Positions 13,201 to 28,200 of a stretch of 64,000 bases of DNA are shown piece after piece. The position numbers and the translations under genes are program-made. The first letter of the stretch is position 1; every line of letters begins with the position of its first letter. The notes under the pieces are model-generated. The model saw only the letters and a list, made by a program, of their open reading frames with translations, was not told the DNA's origin and did not search any database. Source of the DNA: Nitrospirales bacterium (lineage in GTDB: Bacteria; Nitrospirota; Nitrospiria; Nitrospirales; UBA8639); contig CBDBCZ010000018.1 of assembly GCA_965203295.1 (NCBI GenBank), positions 2,656,001 through 2,720,000 of the forward strand. The letters run 5' to 3'.

Positions 13201-16200
13201 AACCACTAAACAACAGAAGGGAATGGCACATTGAATGGTTTCAGGATAAGGAAATGAGACAGAAGTATCAGGAAGCCTTAGTGTATCAAAAGAAGAAATA
13301 CACCAATGAAAAACCCAGGAATTGAGGGGATCAGAATTAGTGAAGGCAGTGGTTCAGGATTGGTAAGCTACAGTAAAGCATCAAAATAAATTGGGGAGAA
13401 AGTGATAGTGTGTGGCAAGGTGGCGAGGTGGTAGGATGGTAAGATTAAAAGTTAAAGAGACAGGGTTTATATGGGGATTAGAAGTGGCAGGGAAGATAGA
13501 TGGGGATAGTATTACAATTAACTTACGTTCAGACATCAATGTCGGAATTGGTACTATGAAGAGTTTGATGAAAGCTGGAAAGAGCATGTAGAGAAGAAAG
13601 TGATGGGAATATAGTAAAATGTCTAGTTCACTGAAGGATAGGAGGGATTAGTTATTCAGAAATTAAAAAGCGTCCTAAAAGCCTGAAGAAAAAGGAAGTA
13701 ATGATGGCCTACTTGGGGAACATTTTAAGTATGGTGGCAAAGGAATGGCTGATCAGTTGAAAGTCTTATATGAAGTAGTTTGGACAGAGGAGAGTAACGA
13801 TGGAGACAAGGGTTAATTGTTAGCTTGTATAAGAATGATGATGCCATGCAATGGAATCATACAAGGTAGAATGGGGGAAGGAAGCACAGCATATGTATTC
13901 TTCTTGGATGTTCAAAAGACACAGTTTGGCATCATGGCTTATGGTTTAAGCTATTTGAACCTGAGGTTAGGGGTAGGATGTGGAGAGTTATTAAAAATAT
14001 GTATGACATCACACAGAGTGCTGTTTTACTGGAAAGAGAAATAATCTACGTACCATTCAGTATAGGTGGAGGAGTGGCACAGGGTTATAGTATGTTGCCT
14101 ATTCTCTTTTATCAATCAGTTGTTAGATGAGGTTAGCAGGCTGGGATTGGCATAACTATTAAGTAGGATGTTAGGGTTGGGGTTTCAATGTTTGCTGACG
14201 ATTTTGTAGGTTTAACTACTAATGCTGAGGACTTGTTAACATTGATTAATGTTACAGGAGTTTTGTAATCTAACATAAAATAGAGGGCTATTATAAAGAG
14301 GTTGTATATAGGTACATGTACATGGAAGTGGGGAGGTAAAGACATTCCAAGGGTTGCAAGTTACTGCTACTTGGTGCATAGAATTTGCTAATAATGGTTC
14401 ATGGGATAGTCACATACAGAATAATAAAAGTAATAAATTAAAAGGTAGTAGAAATATCAATACAGCTGCAAGAAGGATAATTATTGTTAGTTTCAGTACT
14501 TCACCTACTATAGAATATGGTAGTGAAGTGTTGGCTTGTAGTACATAGCAGACAACTTCCTTGGAATCTGTTCAGCTAGGAGCAGCTAAATGATACTTGA
14601 CTGCTCTTCCAAAACGTGCAACGAAGTAGTAAGAGGGGTTATGGGGTCAGAATTTTTGAAAGCAAGAGAAATAGATGCAAACTTAAGTGGTGGTATTAAG
14701 TCAATAATTTTGATGATGACAGATATCCTAGACTACTACTAGACAGTGTGCGGGAAGTGAAGCTGCATAGGGGTAACCAGACGAAGACCCTGAGGAAAAC
14801 CATTAGGGAATTAATCTAGACCTTTCTTCTAGATCTAGATCTTTCCTTACAAAAAGTCAAACTCAGTCTAACTTATAATTTGCAGTCTAATTTGTAATAG
14901 GCAAATTCCACTCGCTTCACTCATGCAGTTATTCCCACATCACACTTGAATCCGTGCGATTACCATCCATTGTGTTTGTTGTTGTTTCTACTCTCCTCTG
15001 AGTTGGCTCAAGCAGGATCTGCATTGTTTTGCAGTTCTTTGTAATCTCCTCTGAGTTGCTGCCTCCACGTGGCTCAGGCCTGGAATTGTTACTACTAGAC
15101 CGTGAGTGGGAATTGAAGCCGTGTAGGGGTAGACAGAGGAAGACCCTCATTAGTGAATTGTTGCTACAGTTAAATCTAGCCAGTCAGGGTATATTAGCTG
15201 AAGATTACAATGTACATGCGTTCTTAGAGAGAGTAGATGGAAGTGTTTGAGTTATAGAGAATATTATGTTGACTTTTATGATGGCTTAAATAGTGAAGTT
15301 AGACTCAGTTTGTCTTTTTTGTAAGGAAATAGAAATTCAAGAATTACTTGCAGTTTAGGTCGGGTACTAATGGTCGGAATGAAGAGTTACATATGGGTAA
15401 AAATGACGATAGGCAGAGTAAAGTATGTAGATAAGAATGTGAGAGTGTAGTACATGTGCTCTGGGAGTGTCCTGTGTATGCTACCATAAAACCATGGGAG
15501 AATTAGACATTCTGTTGGGGGGGGGAGTTTTGAGTACACTTACTAATTTTAAAAGAACAGGCTAGGCTTAATCACATACTAGATTAGTAACAGTACATAT
15601 ATACCCCTGTAGACAAGAGTGCAATTATTTCCATAATTGTACACTTTTGTAATCACACACTTTTAGGCTGTAGCTATAGAAACTATGATCATCAATACTT
15701 TAACGTTAGTTTGTCCGTCTGTCTGTCCATGTGTCACGCTGATGTAATATCAGATGTGACGTCACGATCACGATTGTGCGAGAACACACGAGAAGACTGT
15801 GACATCATTAAATGAGTACTTTAGTACTTTGACTGCTGGAAGTGGAACGTCAACCTGAATGGCTCAAGCGCACTTTATTATGAAGTACCAGTGAGTGGCT
15901 GCTATGTATGTAGTCTTGTAAGTGAAGAACATGCAGAGCTTAAGTGAAGAACATGCAAAGCTATAACTGCAGCGCTTGCTACATGTGCTAGATAAGTTTA
16001 ATAACCACGGTGATGTGCATTAAGTAGAGTCTGCCGTTTGCTTACATTATTATAGCTTTGAAGAGCTAGTAAGGCTGCAGTCCGAGCATGCCTATAGTGT
16101 TTGTACTAGAGTCTGCCGTTTGCTTACATAATTATGGCTGTGAAGAGCAGGCAAGGCTGCAGTCCGAGCATGCCTATAGTGTTTGTTGTTGTTTCTACTC

Positions 16201-19200
16201 TCCTCTGAGTTGGCTCAAGCAGGATCTGCATTGTTTTGCAGTTGTTTGTAGTCTCCTCTGAGTTGCTGCCTCCACGTGGCTCAGGCCAGGATTTCTCAGC
16301 AGCTCTACAACCACTGGAAGAATTCATAGCCTTTCTATTTGTATAGAGAGAGCGAAGCAAGCGCAACTACTTGTATATGATTAACATGGAATCACATGGA
16401 GTCTCATGCTATTTGGGAGAAATTGCATTTGTAATAGGCAAAATTCTACTCGCTTCACTCATGCAGTTATTCCCAAATCACATTTGAATCCATGTAATTA
16501 CCAACTGGTTGCTCTCTTGCTCTTCTCCTCTGACTGGAGATCTTACAAACTCCGCCTGCATATTATGTAGGTGTGTGGTCAATGGTGTATGCGCTACTGC
16601 AGCAATATTAGTATATTGCTAGACAAATGCATTGTGCCGAGCCTTCGCAAGGGGGTGGTGCTGTGTTGATGTCTGTTCAATGATAGACTGAGATGAATAT
16701 AAATAAACATGAGGAATGAAAGTGTACATGAATTTGGTGAATGCTCCAGAGTATTTTTCTGTGAGTATGCTCTATGGTCTCTGCTCTGAGTGATGAGGTC
16801 CATTGTCCTCTGGTATCAGAGCAGGAGCATTAGAGTATAGTTCCAGCAAGCACTACTGTAACAGTACACTACAGCTAGTACACTGTTAAGCACAATAGAT
16901 CTCTTCACATGCATGGAAGTCAAAAATAAAGGAACTCTTCCTTTGTTATAACTATGACATCAGTCATGGCAAGCTAGTGACAAAAGCTGGGACAGATTGA
17001 TGACAGACCATACTGCCCATGTCTGGTACATGTAGTTACTGATTAGCCTCGTACCCAAGCACATTAAATAGGGGAAAAGTGCGCCCACTGAAATCCACGT
17101 GGACTTGTGCACTGATTACGCGCATGCGCGAACAGTGGATACCAGGCGCACTTTTTCCCTATTATAGCGCCTGGGTAGGAGGCTAGCTACTGATATGCCA
17201 TTTAGCTAGCAAACTACACTGGTCTTCTAACAAAATTTACGTTTGCTGCCGGCAGTTCCTCTCCCATTCACTAATCTACCCTCTTTGTGCTGTTATTGAA
17301 AGTTGCTGCCATCTCATATGTGTCCAGTACATGGACTATGCATGTGCATGTGGTTAAAGAAATTTGTAGCAAGGCCACCAGTATAGTTTCGGCACAACGT
17401 ATGTACCATAATTATTTCTATACACAGGAAGATCTGCAGAGCTAACTCGCTAGTATGGGGTTCGCTCAGGCTCGCCCTAATTATCACACTTGCCTGCCAC
17501 GTTTTTCCACCAAAGCAACAGGAAACTGCACTCAGTTGCTCTAGCTTGGCCTACAATCTCTAAATGCCGCTAGTTACAGAGCGGCGAGGCCAATAATCAT
17601 TTGCAATGGGCTCAACATTTCTGCTAGCGTTTATATCTTAGTGTTAGTTCTGTCCGTGCGTGTGTGTGTGTGTAACAGACGTGATGTCTACTAATGAACC
17701 TCGATTGCGCAAGAATACGCAAGAAGACTGTGATGTCATCATATGATTACTTAGCTAATTAGTACTTTGACCGCTGCATGCATTGGGACAACAACGTGCT
17801 GCATGCATTGGGACACTCTGACAGCCAACGATATTAATATGATGGCCTCAAATGAGCACTTCGAACACACTCTATTGTGCAAAGGTTAATTAGTGCCTGT
17901 ATAGTCCTGTAAATGCGAACCGTGCACAGCTGTAACTGCTACGCTAGACAAACTACAACGATGTGAGTCAGTGCTGTTTGTCTACATGTACACATAGGCT
18001 GTGGCTATGAAGAGCTAGGCTTTGGTCTTAACGTTCCTGTTTTGTTTTGTAATTGTTTGCAGTCTCTGCTTGAGTTACTGCCCTACATGCTAGAGACTTC
18101 TAGTTTGACCTGTGTCAGTGCTAGTTAAGGTACATGTATTACAGTATGCTGTGGTTTACATTCCCGTGTATTTACTGTTTGTATAAAAAGTTTAGTCATC
18201 TGATTATGATGAGTGCTGAAGGTAGGAAAGTTTGGTGTCACGTGACTCCTTAAAGATAAACCCATACATGTGTTTAGGGTAGCTTTTTACTTTGGCCAGT
18301 CCAGGTTTTAATTTTGAGCTGTAAAAAAATGGGATTGGGGAAGGGGGGGAAGGGGCTGGTACAAATTCCTTTGGTATGAACAAGTTGGATAGATGTAGTC
18401 ACACTTCTGAGATGCAAGCTTGGTTTAGGAACAACATGGTTGTTTTCTTGGACTGCATCGCGGGAATTCACCTGTAAGAATTTGTCTGAATTCAGAACAC
18501 TGTACAAACACCTTTAATTTTGATTTAATATTTTTTACTACTTACATGACATTCAATTGAATCACATACTATGAATTAGTGCTACTCACGTGACCTTCGA
18601 CGAATCAGAAGTCTCAAACTCGATCACATGACCGCACGTTAAATCGCTTAATGCACACTTAAGTGTGCACTAAGTTGTTAATGCACACTTAAGTGTGCAT
18701 TAACAAAATTAGTGCACACTTTTCTAAATAACGCCCAACAGAACCATGGCTGTCTCAGGTCAGTGAGTGAACTAAATACTTTAGATACCAGTTGGCAGTG
18801 CATTACGTGATATAGTAGCGCGCTCGGACAATTAAGTAACGGTCTCGGGCGGATAATGCACTCGCCTTCGGCTCGTGCATTATCCGCCCTCGACCGTTAC
18901 TTAATTGTCCTCGCGCGCTACTATATCACGTAATGCACTGCCAACTGGTATCTAAATATTACTTAATGCGCACGTAAGTGTGCATTATCTGGATAGGGTG
19001 AACTGTTGCTGTCTCGAGCAAACACCAGTTTGCTGTGATTACGGGATTTAGTAAGTGGGCTTAGACGATTGTAGAGATGTTTGATGGTGGATAATGCATG
19101 AGCCGAAAGCAAGTGCATTATCCGCCCTCAATCATTACTATATCATCCTCGCACACTAACTAAACCCCAACTGCTGTAAGTAATATTAAAATACATGTTT

Positions 19201-22200
19201 GTAGTGATCACAGGATTTATTTCGTGCGTGAAGACAATGAAGTAACAGTCGAGGGCAGATAATGCGCTCTTCATCTCGTGCACTATCCGCCCTCAACCAT
19301 ACTTTATTGTCCAAGCGCACCAACTAAACCCTGTAATCACTGCAAACTAGTATTTAAAGTCTTTCACTGACCTAAGACAGCTACAGTTCTGTTGGGTGTT
19401 ATTTAGAAAGTATGCACTATCCAAATAATGCACATTAACGTATGCATCATCTGCTCGAGACCATTACTATATATTCTGAGCGCACCAACTAGTCCCGTAA
19501 TGTACTGCCAACTGGTGTTCAAAGTATATGTATTCAGTTCTCTCACTGACCTGAGACAGCCGTAGGTGTGCTGGGCGTCTTTTAGTAAGTGTACATTAAG
19601 CCATTTAATGCACATGATCTTGAGACTTCTAATTTGGTCATGTGAGTAAAACTAATTCAGGTGTCATTGTCATGTACATATATGCATGGGGGTATACAAC
19701 ATGTCGATCTTATTTAATGGACTTTCAAACTTCACATAATCTTTGTTCAGATCAACCCTACAAATGTCTTGAAATTTTGCTACACAAATTTCTTCACCAA
19801 CAACACCTGGCATGCTTATGACCACGGGATAAAGTGGATGAAGTTTACACTTCAAGTTGGACCAAGAATGTAAGAATAAAATGTTCTGAGCTGCTGTATA
19901 ATTACCCTGCGCGTATGCGGCAGGGTTAAGCAATTGGTTCTGTCTGTCTGTCAGTCTGACCAGTGCTATCTTTCGATTTGCAGGGATAAGCGATTGCTAA
20001 ACCCGACAGTAACCTTGAAATTCAAAACATAATGATGTGTGTGTGCCTGATAGTGACCAAAGCGGTTTCTAATTCTCTACATTTCCAGCTCTTTCTTATT
20101 CAAGATGGTAAGGTTCTATTACGGTCAAGAACTCGAATACGACAGAGGGCGGGCATACGCAGTCTCAGGACACGGGTTCATACTGAAGTATATGCAGAGA
20201 AACATCTGTGTCATTTATACGGCAATCGGTCATGCCCACAGCTTTAATGTGGAACAAGGGCGTGGGTACGAGCCTTTCACGCTTTGCAGAGCCAGCTCTG
20301 CGGCTGCTCCATCAGACCAGAGTCCAAAGGTCCCATTTGTAGCGTGGGGTATGTCTCTGCTAGAGACTTCTAGTTCTATAATGGGCTGTGTTTTTGTAGT
20401 ACATGTACTTGTATTGGAATGTAGGTTTGCCACTTGTAGATGACTGGCCAGCTATGGCAGCAACTGAGTTGATCTTGTCCATGCATATAGGCATGCTTGA
20501 TACTGCACTGCAACAGCTAACACACAATTTTCTGCCTCATTTGTTCCCGTATAAAGACATATCTTGCAATGTGTCCAAGATGCTGGAGCCCTATAAGCAG
20601 TGTAAGAGATTTTGTTATTCACTAGCAGTAACAGGTTACTTACATGTACATATGTGTGTGGGGTAGTACTGCATGCCTCTGCATATGGAGACGCTGGAGC
20701 TCATTCACGTAACTTGTTTGTTTGATTCCAGCCTCTGAAACACTGTATACACAAATGGTTCTACTGCCCAGCAAACCATCAGAAACCCAAAAAATCAATC
20801 ATTAACTAGGGTATATACAAGCAAGCACGCTATGCCTCACTTAACTTCATATGTGTAGGTATGACTATATACCGGTTTACTCAGACACGTGGATTATATG
20901 CGTTATAGGCCTTTTGCTGACTGGATGCACACCAGACGACTGTTTTTGCAAGTCAAACAGTCATGAGAACTGCACAACATGATCAACAACTGAACTGCTG
21001 GAGCTACAAAGGACAATCGGCATCCAGGTGAGTGGTCTCTTTGTCTACAACACTTTCCCAAGGATCATCCACAGCTGCCACGAGACAGCTGAAGGAGGTA
21101 CATACTTGAATCCCGCGTTCTTTATCAATCAATTATACTAGCTTTGTATCTCTTCTCACTGAGCAGCTACACAGAGTCACTAGGAGCTGTAGTAAGGCGT
21201 ACTTACTGGTGTAACAGACTTGTCCAGATTTCTACCTTTTTCTATGCCACGTGTTCGAAAACGGTATCCATACAATTGCCCGAGCAAGATGCCATTTTGT
21301 GAAGACATGGCTTGCCTCCTGCATGAGTCTGTACATATATACAGTATATGTTATGTATTAACTAGGCCTAACCACTACCCAAGTATAAAAATACTGTGGG
21401 TGAGTGCAAAGTACATTGGGTGAGCAGAGCTGCGGGTGTATATAAGTGCGGATTATATTATGATTTAGCCTGTCGCAAGAATAGTGGCGAATAATTATGC
21501 AAGTAGTCACAGCCTGGGCGTGGCGAGAATAATAATAATACACCCTTGTGCAAGTCAGTGTATTGCAAGTCAGTACTACTGTTGTGTGCATTCTCATCAG
21601 GAAAGATACACCATAAGTAGGCTACTAGCTATAGCTAACCATGGCATGTTCAGAAAACAAATTTTTTTGTGGTCTTGTTCCAGCAGGCTACTCAGAGTAG
21701 GGAGCAGCACATTCTGCTTGTATATTGACCAGCTATTATGCTAAGCCTGATCATTATATGGCCTATTGCATGCCTGCTTACGTGACTTACATAGCTATCA
21801 TGCTTGGTCCATTATGCTCAATGTTAAGCCCTGAAAACAATAACCAGCTAGTACAAGTAGTAGACTAAAGTGTTGATTACTAAAACATAAGGGAGGCTTC
21901 AATATCACGGAATGAGCTACATGTGCTATGTACCCAAATGCTGATTATGGTCGTCATGCAAGAATCAAAAAAATTAGCGAAAAAGGAGACAAGTGCAGCA
22001 TCGATCTTAAGAACATGCATTCTGTGAAGTCTAGGCGTGTACGAAGTCTTATAAACATAAACTGTTTTCAGGACGTATTTGCGCATTTCACATATAAATG
22101 AATGAAATACACATTCAGCTGCGCATGCACATGCAGTACGAATTTATTTTATGTAAAAATTATGCCAGCATATTGCCTGTTGCTTGACTCGTCCTATTAC

Positions 22201-25200
22201 TCTTGAATTATGCCAGTGTAATTGGCCGGTCCCTACTGAGGAGTGATGTTCCAACTGCATGCACGCATAGTACGGGCCAAGTTGAGGAGGCATCACAACC
22301 TAGCATATCATCAATACACTTTGAAGCTCATATAAGCTTTCTCTGTACTGCCATGTTAGTTTCTAATATTGTAGCTGGCAATTACACTCAACTGTATAAA
22401 ACTTGCTACAGTTATTGTACTCAGTGTACTCACGTACAATAAACCACCATGCATACAGTAACTGGTATATTGTACATAATTATATACATGTATACATGCA
22501 TATGTATGTATAGGAACCGCAGCTCCAAGGGCTCTAATTGAATCACTGCACAAGTGGATTTTTCATACATCCCACCTGGAGCTGTGGTTTAACTTGTTTG
22601 TAGCATGGAATGGCTCGTTTTAGTGAGCAATAAGCTGTCTACAGAGCCTAGCCTAGCTCTAGTCGGTCAAGCTTCCGGTGAAATATACCATCTTCCAGTG
22701 CAGTATGTATATTACATTGGAAGCGAGTGTGGTATGGAATATATTGCACTGTGAATGCCTTTGAACCACCCATGCACCATGCTACAATTATACATAAATG
22801 TGTGATTTGATGCCCATAGGTCGCAATTATTTGCCTCACTGTGCCCAGCAATTATCACTGGTATAGCTAGGTGATTGCTTACAGGTACCCCTGCCCATGT
22901 TCATTAAACTTACATAATTTGACCTAAAATGTATTCCCATGACTAACTACTACTGATTACAGATCCATTCCTATTTTGTAGGTGGTGCAGCGCCATTTAT
23001 TCCTCTCACAGCTGTTGCAGCAATGTTTCCAGAGTTGGCTAGCAACATAGCTCCACAGGAAGTTACCTGGATGCCACTCCCAGCGGAGATCCCTCCTGCA
23101 TGTCCTCCTGGGCTGGAGTACCTTGTCCAAATTGATCAGATTCTTGTGCGTCAACAAATTGAAAGTGAGTTTCTACTACTTTGATTAATATTGAATTGGT
23201 ATTCGTGTATTGATATCCTATTACACTCGGTAGTTTTATACTGCTAGTATAAAAAGGGTGTTGTGATGCATGATGACAAATGGCATCATTGATCAGTAAA
23301 GATCAATTTAAAAACTTTTTCAGTGGATTGTAAAACTGAACTTACTTAGCTATAATCAATCATTCTGGGTAAGAGGATCTTTTATCCTGTTTGTACTGCA
23401 CATGCACTCTTGATGTACAAGGTGTTGTATTGAAAGATGTATATTTGCACCCTAAGTGAGTGTCAATACTTCGGCACTACTGCTTGAAGAATCTACAGAT
23501 AGTCATTTCTCTGATTACCAGCTACAGAAGGCTATCAATGCCAACATACATGTACATGTATGTGTTACAACTATTGCACCATACATCTTTGAATGTAATG
23601 TACATTTGACATGTGTGTGTTGGATGCGTGTTGTGTACATATCATTTTGAAGTGAATAGCCTTGTTCGCAGTTCCCACTCACCTTTTTTCCGCGATATTT
23701 CTATGAGTGGGAAAACTGGGGTGTAGAAACTGGGAATGGCAGTATAGTTATAGTTTGGAATAATAGTAATGCAACACACCTGAACCCTGAAGCACCTTTC
23801 AGCTATAAAGTGCACAAGTCAGAAGCATTAAATTGGCTCTTGCCTGTGGTATATACAGTGGAGCATCACTTTCTGATTAATGTAGTGGATCTCTCTATGC
23901 AAACACCTACCACGTCCTCTTCATCTGTTTTAAATCAATATGTTCAGATCAACAACTAGGGCACTTCTTTATGTGTAGTAGCGTACTCCTGAGCTAGCCT
24001 CGTTCCCAGGCCTCTGCACAGCTTTTGACACTTGCCTGGGAACGAGGCTACTCCTGAGCTATGTATAGAACTTCACCCACTTGTCACGTAGCCATGCTAG
24101 TAGTATTATTTAAGTATTTTTTTGTGCTGGATGGGTACACAGCTACTGAAGTACCTCAAAATTGTAAATGTATCATGTAGCTACCTACCCTTTTTCTAGG
24201 TACAAGCCCTGACAGGTGCTTGAACATCTCTATACAGTAATACTATTGATTCCTTTTTTGCTACAGTTATCTCAGGCTACGGAACTGTGAATAAATACAG
24301 AATTCATAATACTCTAGGACAGCTAGTATACTTTGCTTCTGAAAGTAAGTATTAACAGCCGGGTACGATTTGTAGTACATGTACGTCATATTATTGATAT
24401 GGAAAAGTTGCTATGTATCACTGCTGATTAGTAAATTACATGTATGTGCAGGATGCTCTACATTTCCATCATTTTGTTGCAAGCAGCAATACTGTATGGA
24501 AAAAAACAAGCCAAATGTAACATATAGGTTTTGCAACTGTCACTTGCTGAAGTTGTAAGTTAGCCTTGTGCACTCTACATTGCAGATAGCTCTGCGTACC
24601 CTGTTCAGTTGCGATTTCTCTAAGTTTCTCAGTTTCGCTCGGTGCAATATATGACATTCTAACCACTCATGAGGTTGATTCTGGTGAAAAAAATCCCGGA
24701 GGCCAGTGCCCTTGAGGGTTTAGTTTAAAAAAAAACAACAGTTTTGCTCGTACTAAAACAGTTTTTGTTTTTTAGTTTCAGCTAACTAATAAACACTATA
24801 ACGTGCCCTATCTGCCTATGTGCTCTGTACTAGTATTGCTGCTCCATGTCTGAAATTAGCACTATAGGCTACTTGTACATACATTTAATGTGTATGTATG
24901 TGCATATGGAAGTCTGCAATGTTTTGTATGACTTACTAGCCTCGTGCCCAGGCTCATTGTGTGGGAGGAAAGTTGAGCCTGGTACACACTGTTTGCACAT
25001 GCTCAGTTCCCCCAGGATTTCCGGGGTCTTGGAAACTAGCGGATACTACAGCGTAATATTATCCGTCTATCATCGTATCACCGTCCGTTACACTAAAGTA
25101 GTTGGCGAGTTATAAGCGTCCTGGAGCATTTTAAAGCCATGTAGATGCCTCGAAAGTGATTGCTGTAGTTTGATTCTTCGATCCAGTTTGCTTCTGAAAG

Positions 25201-28200
25201 GCCTAGAAGACCAGATCTGCCACTACCAAAAGGGGGGCGCTTCTGAATTTTTAAGGTAAGACATATACCATAAACCTAGCGGATAGAAGGTACAGATCTC
25301 ATTGTTATTTTTAATCGGGTTTCAAAGCTATCTGAAGTTGGAGAAAGGCAGAACGAGCTAGTTTCTAGTTCTTCTGCTTACTATACATGTATGCTGCTCC
25401 GTACTACTCCTTACCACGTGACTGAGATCATTCATGGATACGTTTACTGACTCTTTTCCGTAAATTCTTGCGCATGCGTGAACAGTGTGTACCACGCTCA
25501 ACTTTTCCCCCACGCAATGAGCCTGGGCACGAGGCTAATGACTTACATAAATGAACTACACATGGGTAAATCAGATGGAGTAGATCTACAGCTGCAGCAG
25601 TGCAGAAATCAGGTATTTCTGTGTTACAGTGTAAGAGATACATGTACCAGCTTAAGTTTACAGTATCCAGGATCGTACAAATGTGGCATAAATGTACATG
25701 TAGTTACTGATGCTCAATGAAAGAAGCTGCAACCTTTTAGCATTGACTGCCATTAGTTGAAGGTTAGTACTTACCTTGTACCAAAGATCAGTACATTCTC
25801 ATTGCTTCGAAAGCTGCCCACGAAACTTTTAAATCAGTACCATCAAAGTATTCCGTGCCAGTTCAATGGAGGAATTCTTTGATAATGCAGCCATGTTATA
25901 CATTGAATATTGCCTTCACAAAGGTGAACAAAACCACTTCCTTTCAGGGTCTACTCCATTCCAACGTGAGTGCTGTGGACCTGGCAGAGAATCTTCTATG
26001 TCCATCACTGACAACACGCAGCGTGAGGTAAGTATGGCACATAAGATAAACGGTTTGAATTGTGAGGGTGCTGCATAGTTGAACTGCATAGTCTGTAAGT
26101 ATTAAACTTTGCAGTACACTATGCTTACTTTATTGGACTGTGCTCTAGCTATACATGTACACCAATCAAACTGCGCTCTGGTTTGAAGCCACAGTTAATT
26201 CACCTTGCAAGCAGGCAGTGGCTGCACTCCTGATCCTTTACAGAGCCAAGAGTAACATGGATTTTAGCTGTATTGTAAGACCAGTACTTTCGAAATCCCT
26301 CCTTCGATAAGCACTTCATACACAACTGACACTACAGCATATCCTACACTGCTGCATGAACTATAAGACTCGGCTCTTTCCGCCTCACAGACAACTAGCT
26401 ACAACTAATCAACAATTAAACTGTCAATCAGCATACACCTTGACTCTTCCCTACAGTAGAATATGACATCTTCCTACTTGATACGCAACCCTACAACTAT
26501 ACACAGTCACTATTTTATTAAAATGGACCAATACGGTCACATATTATAAATGCACATTTAGACATGCATAGGGATGTGGCATGGAGGGGATTGTGCTGTG
26601 TGTGGTTGGCAAGATGTAGGGAATGCTAGGGATGGTGATCTGTTTGTAGTGTCAAATATTAATTCCTACTTTGTTTGGTTGTTTTTTTGGGATTCCATTC
26701 CTACATGCTTTTTTTAAAACTATCAAGCACAATAAATACGTACGTACATAGGCAATAACCTTGATGATGCTCTTCACACCAAATTGATACTTTGCAACAG
26801 CAGCCACATTTGACTCTCCATTCACACTCACAAAGTTGGAGGCAACAGTGTTATACAAGGAGACTGCCCACCATCCATCTCTTCTACCAATTTAATGTGT
26901 AGAGCATCACCATGGTTATATTGCGTATGTTCTTACTGGTTTCTATGAGACCATGTAGAGCAAACTGGAGACTATATAGAGCAAACTAGAGCCATAAGAT
27001 TACTCATAAAGTTTCTTTTAGAGGGAAGACCTTTATGGTCCCCTTTTTAATTAAATTTCAAATCACCTTCAAACTCTTAAAACTGTTGTGAGCTGGGTGG
27101 CCGCTGGTTCTTTCCTAGCCTGTCCTGGGTTCTCGGTTCTCTGGGCCGCAATCCATACTCTACGGCTTCTTCTTAAATTTGTCTACCTACGTACCTCTTG
27201 TCTCTCCTCTACTTGTATGTTATAGTTAGCTTGTAATGAGTTTATAGGCCGAGCAAGCAGCAGAGCATGGAGATATATACGTAGACAACAATGAAAGTAG
27301 CTTAATTGCTGGTTGAATGGTTGGGAGATTGGGTTGGGAGTTAGGAGGTGTAGGGTACTAATGTTTGATAGTTATATAGCTTATACTGAGTTTACATGTA
27401 GAACAAGCAGCCAAGGTTGTAAACTTGGAAACAGCGCTGGTGTTTCCATTTTGGATGAACAGTACTTGTACATGTGCAAACTCTGCTTAGCTGACTGAAC
27501 TACACAAAGTAATGGAATTAAGCAGTATATGAATATACTGTCGTTTTTGAATATGCAACCACAGAGGAAGTTGGACATGACATATGATGACACATCATTT
27601 TTTAGATGGTAAAACATACTGTAGCCATTGTAATCATTCACCTCTCAAATTTTTGCAGATTTTTACCATTAATGCATGTTAAGTATTTGGTAGCCTCAAC
27701 TGTGACACAATATGACACATACGTACATGTAACTAGAGCGATTACTATGTTAGCACTACTCTGAGAGCTAAAAAGAACAAGCAATGTTGGCACTGCCTTT
27801 TGCCTTCACTGATGTCTCAGCGATGTCGCAACAGTGCATCAAAGACCCTAATTTGCAGCATTATTTTAGTGAAGTAGGGTGCAGAAGTGAAGCTTCAGTA
27901 GGGCTTCCATACACTGCTTATAAAGAGCCAGAAGCGCAGTTACTTACTAATGTCATTGCTGCACATATCAAGGTGGTTACACTTACAATCCACAGTCCAC
28001 AGAATGAATTGAATCCTCTTTTTACAGACTGTAGAAATGCCAGCAGTGCTCTTGATAACCCATAGTACTGTACAACACTATAGCTGTACTTCCACACTGT
28101 TGGTCTTACTTACCATGTTTACATCACATTAAAAGTGATGATGTCATGACTCCCTTGATGCAACCATGTAAACTTGCAGTCAGCAGAACATTGCACAGCT

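Noticed and set aside
18747..18760. ATGGCTGTCTCAG|GT as the scramblase first exon
   Set aside because: It lies inside a palindromic repeat with inverted copies at ~19370 and ~19550; the 4253/7646 exons fit better.
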